From: a virus
Lineage: Duplodnaviria; Caudoviricetes
Virus record (IMG/VR): IMGVR_UViG_3300026105_000187
Coordinates: 1-46,481 of that record
Strand: one strand, 5' to 3'
DNA: 46,481 nt
Of the stretch, positions 38,067-46,399 are shown one piece after another (position 1 is the first letter of the stretch; the number at the start of each line of letters is the position of its first letter). The translations under genes and the position numbers were made by a program. The notes below the pieces were generated by a model. That model saw only the letters and a program-made list of their open reading frames with translations, was not told the DNA's origin and did not search any database.

Positions 38067-40298
38067 ATGCATTTAACATACGGCGGCCAAACTATCGATC
38101 TTTTTCCTAAAGAAATTCCAGAAAAATGTTTAATTTCTTTATCAGGGGGACTAGATAGTGCATCCTTATTTTATCTTGTTGCTAATTTTTATCCCCAGAT
38201 TAGAATAATTCCAATTACATGCAGAGATCTGAATGCTCCATTAGATGCAGATGCTGCAGAGAAAATTGTAAAATGGATGAAAAATAACTTTCCCAATAAC
38301 TTGATTGACGATATACAAATATTTGATTTTAACGACAAAACTGAAGATTTTGTTACTTTTGAAAAAGTAGATAAGGTTATCGAAACTTATCCTCAGTTTG
38401 AAGGGATGCGTAGAACACAAGTGTCAAAGATTATGCAGTTAGACAATATCGCTTGGGATGCAATGAAAAAACATCCTGGCGCAGTAAGACTAGACGGTAT
38501 GACACGTAACCCGCCAGACAACGAAATGCAAGCAAAGGGATTTTATTATTTGGCCGAAAGACGCAGAGACCAAGGCATGCCCTGGATCGAAGAGTACAGA
38601 ACTGGCTATAAAGAAAAACATTTTTATATATATCAGGCATATGCTAACGTTAATAAAAAATTTGTTGCTGGAGTATTCCAAGAACATAACTTAATGGACA
38701 GTTTGTTTCCTTTAACAAGGTCGTGCGTCGGCACGGCAAAACAAACTGACAATTTCAAACATGAATGCAACAGTTGCTTTTGGTGTGCAGAGAAGGCCTG
38801 GGCTTTTGATTTACCCAATCCACTGGTATCAAAGGATATGTTGACCAAAGGTGGCCCGGGGGATAAATCTACACCCGGAAATATTAGTACCGAATCTTGG
38901 TGGCAAATAATGGACGAAGAAGGTCAAAAAGTTGCTGATAAAGAAGGATCCATAGTAAAGCAAGCAAAAGATAAAGATATCTATTTTTGTACTATTCCGT
39001 TCACACAAATATATTCAGAAATAGACGGACAGTACCAAGCATGTTGTTTTGGAAAACCATCGGGTGTAAGTGTAGAAGAAGTTCCTCTTAAAGATTGGAT
39101 GGAAAAAAGTGATTACATGAATGATTTGCGTAGAGAGATGACTACAGTAGGGTCTGATTTAAAAGCAGTAAACAAATGGTGTCAACGTTGTCGTAGTGAC
39201 GAAAATCTCTACGGAAGGTCTAGAAGAACAAATTGTCTAAAAATTCACACAAATGATCCAAGATTTTGGAACAAAATAGAAAGACAAGTTACAAAATTCA
39301 AGGAGACCGGTGAATTTACGCTTAAAGGTGCCGAAAGAATATTTGAGGTTCAACTTAAAATATATGGATCAGAATGTAACTTAGATTGTTTTATGTGCCA
39401 TCACGATAATTCCACTACACGTTGGCAAGTAGCCAAAAAAGGCGTATGGAGTGATAAAATTTTTAAACCAATGGATGATGCACGCGAAGAACGCATGTCT
39501 CACGTAATGAAAGATAAAACTCAAGGGGTTACAGAACAAATTTTAGAAATTGCCCAATACATCAAAAGCATAAAGATTATTGGTGGCGAACCTTTAATAA
39601 TGAAAAAACATTATGAAATGTTAGATGCACTTATTGATTCTGGACATTCTAAAAGAATAAGAATAAAGTACCAAACTAATCTAACAAAAACCAAAGCAGG
39701 CAAGCATAACATATTTAAATATGTGCCGCACTTCGATCGTGTAACATTTGTCGCATCAATCGACGGAATAGGTAAAACTATTGAATACATGAGAAGAAGG
39801 ACTGAATGGGCCGAAGTAGTAGAAAATATTGAATTATGCAAAAAATACCCTAATGTAGTAGTTGATTTTAATGGACTAGTATCATTCTTAAGTGTTATGC
39901 GTTTTTATGAGATAATTGATTGGTGCAAAGAAAATCCAGTTATCAATCAATTAAATTGGGCACATGTCGAAAACCCTAAACATTTAAAGCCTAGCAATTT
40001 GCCTAAACCTATAAAAGATAAATTGATACCAAAATACCAAGATTGGCCTGATATTGTAGCAGCGTTAGAAATGCCTAATGACCCAGATGTAGACGTGCAA
40101 GATGTATTTGAATATCTATTAAGAGGAGATAAATTTTACGAAGGTACTAAATGGGAAAGTCATTTATTTGATGTATTTCCTGAACTAGAAGAATTTTATA
40201 TTCCTAAAGAATTATCATCTGAAAAAGAAAAACTTTTTAAATCTTGGGACGATAAAGTAAAACAACAAGAAGAAAATGCAGATAGAAATATTCTGTAA
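38067..40298 (+). CDS. Fusion of a QueC-like PP-loop domain, a twitch domain and a radical SAM domain
   Basis: SLSGGLDS...TRSC..CNSCFWCAEK, then CTIPF..ACC...CQRC, CNLDCFMC and IIGGEP. Confidence 0.85.
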   Translation: MHLTYGGQTIDLFPKEIPEKCLISLSGGLDSASLFYLVANFYPQIRIIPITCRDLNAPLDADAAEKIVKWMKNNFPNNLIDDIQIFDFNDKTEDFVTFEKVDKVIETYPQFEGMRRTQVSKIMQLDNIAWDAMKKHPGAVRLDGMTRNPPDNEMQAKGFYYLAERRRDQGMPWIEEYRTGYKEKHFYIYQAYANVNKKFVAGVFQEHNLMDSLFPLTRSCVGTAKQTDNFKHECNSCFWCAEKAWAFDLPNPLVSKDMLTKGGPGDKSTPGNISTESWWQIMDEEGQKVADKEGSIVKQAKDKDIYFCTIPFTQIYSEIDGQYQACCFGKPSGVSVEEVPLKDWMEKSDYMNDLRREMTTVGSDLKAVNKWCQRCRSDENLYGRSRRTNCLKIHTNDPRFWNKIERQVTKFKETGEFTLKGAERIFEVQLKIYGSECNLDCFMCHHDNSTTRWQVAKKGVWSDKIFKPMDDAREERMSHVMKDKTQGVTEQILEIAQYIKSIKIIGGEPLIMKKHYEMLDALIDSGHSKRIRIKYQTNLTKTKAGKHNIFKYVPHFDRVTFVASIDGIGKTIEYMRRRTEWAEVVENIELCKKYPNVVVDFNGLVSFLSVMRFYEIIDWCKENPVINQLNWAHVENPKHLKPSNLPKPIKDKLIPKYQDWPDIVAALEMPNDPDVDVQDVFEYLLRGDKFYEGTKWESHLFDVFPELEEFYIPKELSSEKEKLFKSWDDKVKQQEENADRNIL

Positions 40299-40308
40299 AG
40301 TATAAACT

Positions 40309-40923
40309 ATGAATAAAAATTGTTTAATTTTCTTAATGGACATAGAAGGACATCCTGCATTAACCGATGATTTTGCAGATAGATATCGAACATATGCCCT
40401 ACAAGATATTATTAATGATAGGTATATAGATAGAGAAAAATGTGTAATAGCATCAGCAGGCGCAACAGATAGAACAGATCTAGAGGACACTGAATGTTCA
40501 AAAAATATTGTATTGAAAAAACAAGCAACCTTGGATAAAGGTTGGACTTGGTTACAATTTTACAAAGAAGATAAGTTCTCTACTCTTGAGGCCCATCTTA
40601 GTGAAATTGGTTTTGAATTATCACCTAATCATACTACAATAATATACGGAGGAACCAATACTTCGGGATGTGTTTTACATAGTTCTACTTTTTCTATGAA
40701 TAAATTTTTGGATCGAGGTTATTACTGTCAATTATATTTGCCGCTCTGCGACGATAGTCAAATAGCAGGTATAACGAGCATAGATAGAAATCAAAAAGCA
40801 TACTCTTATGTGTACCAATATTTAAAAAAACACCAATTGATAGAAAAAACAGACATATTAACTGCATATTCAGACTTAGACGTAATCAAAAGTAATCATT
40901 TGTATGATTGGGTCTCCACATAA
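40309..40923 (+). CDS. Isochorismatase-like cysteine hydrolase
   Basis: LMDIE (Asp), KEDKFS (Lys) and GGTNTSGCV (Cys). Confidence 0.55.
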   Translation: MNKNCLIFLMDIEGHPALTDDFADRYRTYALQDIINDRYIDREKCVIASAGATDRTDLEDTECSKNIVLKKQATLDKGWTWLQFYKEDKFSTLEAHLSEIGFELSPNHTTIIYGGTNTSGCVLHSSTFSMNKFLDRGYYCQLYLPLCDDSQIAGITSIDRNQKAYSYVYQYLKKHQLIEKTDILTAYSDLDVIKSNHLYDWVST

Positions 40924-40924
40924 G

Positions 40925-41638
40925 ATGAATAGAGATGAGATAAAAAAATCTATAGATACTGTGCAAAGAGCACAGAGAAATTATGATTTATCTAAATCTA
41001 TACCTAATGAGGATTTAGAATTATTAATTTATGCTGCAAAAAAATCTCCTTCTAAACAAAATGAGAAACATTTGTCATTGCATATTTTTACAGATGAGTA
41101 TATTATAAAACAAATATATAATTGTACACATAAATTTACTCTAGGAATAAAAGAAGCACTAGAAGAAGACAAAGGCGAGAATTGGTTATATCAAAATTAT
41201 GCTGTAAAGAATTCTCAGGTATATGCAAATGTGTTGTTTGTATATGTAGAGGACGAAGGAGAAGCACGTGGCGCAACTCATCTAAGAGGAAAAAACGGCA
41301 GTGAATTTGGACAAAGAGTACTTACTGAACAAAAAAACTACAGTATGGGTATTAGCGTCGGTGAATTAATTTTGACAGCTGGTTTACTCGGTTATAAAAC
41401 AGGAATCTGTTCTGCGATGGACGAAGAACCTGTTAAAAAGCTTATAAAAACAGAAAAAGAACCTAAACTACTAGTTGGTATAGGTTATGAAAATGAAGAT
41501 AGAGACAGAAAGGAGCATGCGGACACTCTAAATAAAGATGTTCCAGAAGATTGTAGAAACGGTTTACCGAATGAATTTTGGAAATTTCCTAGTTATAACA
41601 AAGAAACAACTATATATTTGAACGGAAGAAGTTTATAA
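40925..41638 (+). CDS. Nitroreductase family protein
   Basis: RAQRNYD..IP..DL..LI.AA..SPSKQN, MGISVG.L.L.A..LGYKTGIC and LVGIGY. ATG 40925 directly follows the upstream stop. Confidence 0.8.
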   Translation: MNRDEIKKSIDTVQRAQRNYDLSKSIPNEDLELLIYAAKKSPSKQNEKHLSLHIFTDEYIIKQIYNCTHKFTLGIKEALEEDKGENWLYQNYAVKNSQVYANVLFVYVEDEGEARGATHLRGKNGSEFGQRVLTEQKNYSMGISVGELILTAGLLGYKTGICSAMDEEPVKKLIKTEKEPKLLVGIGYENEDRDRKEHADTLNKDVPEDCRNGLPNEFWKFPSYNKETTIYLNGRSL

Positions 41639-41642
41639 AAAA

Positions 41643-42473
41643 ATGACGATCAAAACTTTAAAAGATCTTAAAGGATCAGAATATCTTACAGTAGACTTTT
41701 ATCTTTCGAAGTCCTGTAATAAGTCCTGTCACTACTGCACAGCATGGACAAAACAGATGAGAAATCTCCATGTAGATATGGATTTTCTAAAACGCACTGT
41801 AGAGTATCTTTCTCCCTATAAAACAAGAATCTGCCTACTAGGCGGAGAGCCTGGCCTTATTAGAAATCTTGATGAAGTAATTGCTGAAATAAAGAAACAC
41901 GACAATCTTGTTATACAGGTGTTAAGTAATTCTCTTGTAAGAAACAGTTATCCTTGGGTGTTAGAAGACCCAGAAATTATCTATATAGAACATCTGGTGT
42001 TAGACTTTTACGAGGATAGGATTGAAAAACTTGGCAAATTTGATTTTTTCGAAGAAAACGACAAAAACAATTACAATCTAATTATTGAAACTCCTAACTA
42101 CTTTAGGTATAGAGAAAATTTTGATTTAACAGAAATTGACCACAAAAATACAGAATTTAAAGAATATAATTCTAGATCACCAGAATTTAAAAGACAGGAA
42201 CAGGCACCAGAAATTGACAGACGAGTTTGCGCACAGTTTCCTCTAGTGCCTGTTGTAGATTTTGAAATACAGAAAATTCGTCATTGCAGCAGAAAAGTTA
42301 TTAATGGCTCTAGACAGTATGAAATAACCAAAGAAAACGTAGATAAAATGATGAATTTTGATTTATTCCAATTTGAAAAATACTGCGAGACTTGCATGGA
42401 CATTATTCCACGACGTCCAGATTGGCAGAAACAGATGATTCTTAATAAGTTGGGGATAACAGAAACAGAATGA
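41643..42473 (+). CDS. Radical SAM protein with a divergent C-terminal twitch domain
   Basis: CNKSCHYC and LLGGEP, then CAQFP...RHCS...CETC. Confidence 0.85.
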   Translation: MTIKTLKDLKGSEYLTVDFYLSKSCNKSCHYCTAWTKQMRNLHVDMDFLKRTVEYLSPYKTRICLLGGEPGLIRNLDEVIAEIKKHDNLVIQVLSNSLVRNSYPWVLEDPEIIYIEHLVLDFYEDRIEKLGKFDFFEENDKNNYNLIIETPNYFRYRENFDLTEIDHKNTEFKEYNSRSPEFKRQEQAPEIDRRVCAQFPLVPVVDFEIQKIRHCSRKVINGSRQYEITKENVDKMMNFDLFQFEKYCETCMDIIPRRPDWQKQMILNKLGITETE

Positions 42474-43993
42474 AAATTTTTTCTATTGCTGTAAACATTC
42501 ATGATCATAACTGGTACGACGGTGTTACTCACAGACAGGAAGAACGCTATACAAGACTAAAGCACAATCTTAATCCTAAAAACTCTCATGACAAAGAACC
42601 CAGCAGGCGATTCTTTCGAGAACAATTTGTACCTAACTACGAAAAGTATTCTCACAGTGATGTATTTGCATTCACAGTGTCTAATCTCGGTCAGGAGTTT
42701 GTGATCGATCTCCTAGAAAAAACACTGCCAAATACAGAGTTCTTGAATTTTCGACCAGAACATCTCTGGGACTGTTACCAAACAGAACAGTATTATTATA
42801 TTGATCATCATCAGAGTCACGCGGCTTACGCCTTTCTTTCATCAGAATTTAAAGAATCTGATATACTAGCAATTGATGGCAGAGGCTGGCAATTTAATTG
42901 TATCTTTGTAGACAGGACAGGCAAAATTATCGATCTATCTAACCAATTATCTATCGGCGGACTCTGGAACAGGCTAGCACAGGATATAGGGTTAGGATAT
43001 CTCGGCGCCGGCAAAGTTATGGGATTGGCAGGATACGGCAATTGGGATGAGGACATTGCAGATATGATAGATCTATATCTTGACAACCCTAACCACAAAC
43101 TTCCTAATGGTGCAAAAGAACTTTTAGAAAAAACCAAAAAACAAGACACTGCTTACACACTGCAAAAAAAGACAGAGCACTTAATTAAAGAAATCGTCTA
43201 TCCTCTCAAAACCAGCGATAATATTTGTGTAGCAGGCGGCGTTGCATATAATGGCTATGTAAATGAAATGCTTACTGAACACTACGACAAGGTACACGTT
43301 CCTCCGGCCGTAGGCGATGAAGGACAAGCACTCGGTACTTATATGCATGCAGACTATGTGATTAATAACAACGTTCACGACACGACGGTATACGCGGGCA
43401 CAGACTGGGATTTAGACACTGCGCTGTTAGACGAATTTGACTGGATTGAGAAGTCGTTCGACGAAGTAGCAAAGGAGACTGCACAGGCAATTGCAGATGG
43501 CAAAATTGTAGGGTGGTATCAAGGTAAATCGGAGAGCGGTAATAGAGCACTAGGAAATAGAAGCATACTGGCAGATCCTAGAGATCCTAATATCAAAGAC
43601 AGAATCAATCACACAATCAAAAAACGTGAAGATTTTAGACCGTTTGCGCCGGCAGTGCTAGAAGAACATTATCAAGAGTATTTTGATACCGATCAAGTAT
43701 CGCCTTACATGTCAAGAATTGTGCCTGCGAAATCAAATAAAATTCCTGGCGTTACCCATGTAGACACAACTGCAAGAGTTCAATCTGTGTCCAAAGAGAT
43801 TAATAACAAATTTTATACAGTGATAGAAAAATTCAGTAAATTGACCGATATTCCTATGGTTTTGAATACCAGTTTCAACTGCCAGGAACCTATAGTTGAA
43901 ACTCCAACTGATGCTATCAGTACATTTAAAAAATGTGGTCTTAATCTACTTGTTATAAACAATACTGTCATAAGGAAATGTAATGATAGATAG
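42470..43993 (+). CDS. Carbamoyltransferase (NodU/CmcH/TobZ family)
   Basis: HD..EERYTRLK, HHQSHA, IDGRG, GKVMGLAGYG, AGGVAYN, GDEG, RALGNRSILADP, KREDFRPFAP and NTSFN. Confidence 0.95.
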   Translation: MKIFSIAVNIHDHNWYDGVTHRQEERYTRLKHNLNPKNSHDKEPSRRFFREQFVPNYEKYSHSDVFAFTVSNLGQEFVIDLLEKTLPNTEFLNFRPEHLWDCYQTEQYYYIDHHQSHAAYAFLSSEFKESDILAIDGRGWQFNCIFVDRTGKIIDLSNQLSIGGLWNRLAQDIGLGYLGAGKVMGLAGYGNWDEDIADMIDLYLDNPNHKLPNGAKELLEKTKKQDTAYTLQKKTEHLIKEIVYPLKTSDNICVAGGVAYNGYVNEMLTEHYDKVHVPPAVGDEGQALGTYMHADYVINNNVHDTTVYAGTDWDLDTALLDEFDWIEKSFDEVAKETAQAIADGKIVGWYQGKSESGNRALGNRSILADPRDPNIKDRINHTIKKREDFRPFAPAVLEEHYQEYFDTDQVSPYMSRIVPAKSNKIPGVTHVDTTARVQSVSKEINNKFYTVIEKFSKLTDIPMVLNTSFNCQEPIVETPTDAISTFKKCGLNLLVINNTVIRKCNDR

Positions 43994-44963
43994 AGAAAAT
44001 TTAAAATATTATGAAAATATTTTAAGTTTAGAAAACGATAACATAGATCTAACACATGCGTATGCTATTATGACTGCAATAAAAGAAAATGATTACAGAA
44101 ATATTGTAGACATTGTACTATCTAATTTAAACGCAGATATAAGTAATGTTAAAGAAGTACAAAATATATTAGATCCGTTGTTATTTGCAATAAAAGAAAA
44201 TGATTACAGAAATATTGTAGACATTGTACTATCTAATTTAAACGCAGATATAAGTAATGTTAAAGAAGTACAAAATATATTAGATCCGTTGTTATTTGCA
44301 ATAAAAGAAAACGACGAGCAGAGATTTTACACAACTTTATTAAATTCTACGAGCAATTATAATCTTAATTTGTTAGGAAATGTTTTAGCAGCATGTCGAA
44401 ATAACCCTAAATTAGCCAACAACATTTTAGACAGTTTTAGCGATAATCAATTAAACGCAAAAAATCAGTTACTCGGCAGTGTTTCTCAATTTTTACAAAA
44501 ATCTCGAGAGTTAGAAGTTATAATATTTGGATCTTGGTACGGTAGTATTTTAATTCCTAGACTTAAAGAATATGCAAAAAGGATATCCTGTATTGATCTA
44601 GATGAGCAGGTATTAAAAATAGCAAAAAATCATCTTTTCCAAAATCTTTCAAACATTGAACATATGCAAGCCGATGTATTCGAAAAGTGTTTATCGCGTT
44701 ACAAAGACACAGATCTTATAATTAATACATCTTGTGAACACATGCTGCCAATGCAAGATTGGCCTTTCTGGAATGAAGTTAATAAACATGCTATTTTCGC
44801 CCTACAATCAAATAACATGTACGGAATAGAAGGACATATTAACTGTGTTGATTCTATAGAAGAATTTAAAAAACAGATGCCGGGTAATTTTAACGTACTT
44901 AACGAGAATGAGATGGAAGAAGAAAGAGGCACGCGGTTTACATTAGTAGGATGTATCAACTAA
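43983..44963 (+). CDS. Class I SAM-dependent methyltransferase-like protein with a duplicated N-terminal segment
   Basis: IFGSWYG, CIDLD, ADV, INTSCEHM and QSNN...HINC. Confidence 0.7.
   Translation: MIDRENLKYYENILSLENDNIDLTHAYAIMTAIKENDYRNIVDIVLSNLNADISNVKEVQNILDPLLFAIKENDYRNIVDIVLSNLNADISNVKEVQNILDPLLFAIKENDEQRFYTTLLNSTSNYNLNLLGNVLAACRNNPKLANNILDSFSDNQLNAKNQLLGSVSQFLQKSRELEVIIFGSWYGSILIPRLKEYAKRISCIDLDEQVLKIAKNHLFQNLSNIEHMQADVFEKCLSRYKDTDLIINTSCEHMLPMQDWPFWNEVNKHAIFALQSNNMYGIEGHINCVDSIEEFKKQMPGNFNVLNENEMEEERGTRFTLVGCIN
44075..44311 (+). repeat. Perfect in-frame 111 bp tandem duplication (2 copies plus 15 bp)
   Basis: 44075-44185 equals 44186-44296. TGCAATAAAAGAAAA occurs at 44075, 44186 and 44297. 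The protein unit is AIKENDYRNIVDIVLSNLNADISNVKEVQNILDPLLF (37 aa). Confidence 0.95.
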
Positions 44964-44964
44964 G

Positions 44965-45504
44965 ATGTACAGTCTATTTCATAGGAACCATAATAATCTA
45001 GGGACTATGGTAGAAGTCTACATTGACTATGAAAAACATTTAATTCAACGTCAATTCAAGCCAAATGCGATTACATGTAACGGTGAGGTTACAAAGTTTA
45101 ATCCCCAACAAATTTCAGAGGCTTTTGATAATGAAGTTCGATGGTTGAAGGTTTTAGATAGCGAATGGATTCCAAAAACTATTGATGTTAATTATCATGA
45201 TAGGGTAATTGTTCAAGAATACACGCATGCTGATCTTTTGAATTTTCAGCAGCAATTGCACAGTGTGGTACCGGATATAGAAGATCAAATTATAGAAATG
45301 TATAAATTTTTCCGTTCAAAGGAAGTTTATAAAAGAAACGGCAGTTTAAGTAATCTCACTGTAAAAAACGGGCAGTTAGTAGCTTTTGATTTTAAATGGG
45401 CAATGGCACGGCCGCGCGGTTTAGAAATGGAGATAAAAAGCTATAAAGAATGGCTTTCGAAAATTAGTAGCACAGTGCCTAGAAAATTATTACAGTTATC
45501 ATGA
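44965..45504 (+). CDS. Protein kinase/APH-like fold protein with a degenerate catalytic loop
   Basis: F.NEV.WL..L....IPK, IVQEY, YKRNGSLSN and AFDF. Confidence 0.55.
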   Translation: MYSLFHRNHNNLGTMVEVYIDYEKHLIQRQFKPNAITCNGEVTKFNPQQISEAFDNEVRWLKVLDSEWIPKTIDVNYHDRVIVQEYTHADLLNFQQQLHSVVPDIEDQIIEMYKFFRSKEVYKRNGSLSNLTVKNGQLVAFDFKWAMARPRGLEMEIKSYKEWLSKISSTVPRKLLQLS

Positions 45505-46358
45505 TCACGGAAAAACCTTTATCGATTTGTGACAAAGACGTACAAAGTTTTTTACAACACAGTATTTGGCAAGATGCCGATCTAAACATCTTTATCTCGC
45601 GGTATAATGAATGGATACATTCTAGCGATAACTGTAAAATAAAAGGTTTAGAAAATTTTTCTGCTGCGCTTACTGATGGAGTAACGGGTGCCTTTCCAGA
45701 TTTCGCACATGCTTTTCCTAACAAACCTCTAATGGTTTTCAAAGGTGAATACTTATATCACAAGGGACTTGGCGCGTTAGAAATAGATAATCCTAGTCAG
45801 CTAACACCTGGTTACCGATTGATACTTAGCGTCCCTTTTTCTTCAACAGGCAATATGCCTGCAGCCTTAGATGATATATTAGCAAGATGTGATATGTTAG
45901 ATATACCAGTTTTTCTAGATTTTGCCTATTTCGGCTTGTGTTCTCTACCAGAGATTAATGTAAATTATCAATGTGTAAAGTTTTGTGCGTTTAGTCTGAG
46001 TAAAACTTTTGGGACTGGCAAATGTAAAATTGGGATGTGTTACTACAAAGATATTGTTTCTTGTTCTATGGATATATTAACTCGTTACAGCTATGTAAAT
46101 CAAGTTAGCGTAAATCTACATTTGCCTGTAATACAAGAATTCTCTCCGGATTATATGTTTGATAACTATAGGCAGAAGCAGGAATTTATTGCGCATGAAT
46201 TAGGAGTAGAAGTATCAGATACTGTGATCTTTTGTACAACACATAACCCTCGGTTTAATGATTATGATAGACAAGGATTAATTAACCGTCTTGGAATAGG
46301 TAATTTATTGACACAAGACAAAAAAACAATTTTACAATATAAAACAAACTTGCTATGA
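45501..46358 (+). CDS. PLP-dependent enzyme (fold type I, aminotransferase-like)
   Basis: S.PFS.TG, IPVFLDFAYFG and FSLSKTFG...KIG. Confidence 0.75.
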   Translation: MITEKPLSICDKDVQSFLQHSIWQDADLNIFISRYNEWIHSSDNCKIKGLENFSAALTDGVTGAFPDFAHAFPNKPLMVFKGEYLYHKGLGALEIDNPSQLTPGYRLILSVPFSSTGNMPAALDDILARCDMLDIPVFLDFAYFGLCSLPEINVNYQCVKFCAFSLSKTFGTGKCKIGMCYYKDIVSCSMDILTRYSYVNQVSVNLHLPVIQEFSPDYMFDNYRQKQEFIAHELGVEVSDTVIFCTTHNPRFNDYDRQGLINRLGIGNLLTQDKKTILQYKTNLL

Positions 46359-46372
46359 CATATGCAAATTGT

Positions 46373-46380
46373 TATAAATA
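46373..46380 (+). promoter_or_regulatory. T4 late promoter consensus TATAAATA
   Basis: Exact consensus in an intergenic gap, 19 nt before ATG 46400, with a GGAGAGG RBS. Confidence 0.65.
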
Positions 46381-46399
46381 TTGGAGAGGTAGCCAATCT

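Noticed and set aside
19687-42473. RiPP (peptide-modifying SPASM) interpretation of the radical SAM genes
   Set aside because: There is no precursor peptide, RRE/PqqD domain, protease or exporter, and the gaps are too small to hide a precursor. The context is sugar enzymes. A precursor outside the window cannot be excluded.
36621-42473. Canonical 7-deazaguanine DNA modification or queuosine operon
   Set aside because: Only QueC-like domains are present; the 41643 radical SAM has twitch cysteines rather than QueE features; no queD, folE or dpdA is seen.
499-45742. All minus-strand ORFs and the short alternative-frame plus-strand ORFs in the track
   Set aside because: They lie within or across long motif-bearing + strand genes and show no recognisable motifs; I treat them as shadow ORFs.
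16182-46358. Bacterial O-antigen or capsule locus
   Set aside because: It is contiguous and co-oriented with virion genes, carries T4-type late motifs, and lacks flippase, polymerase or export genes.
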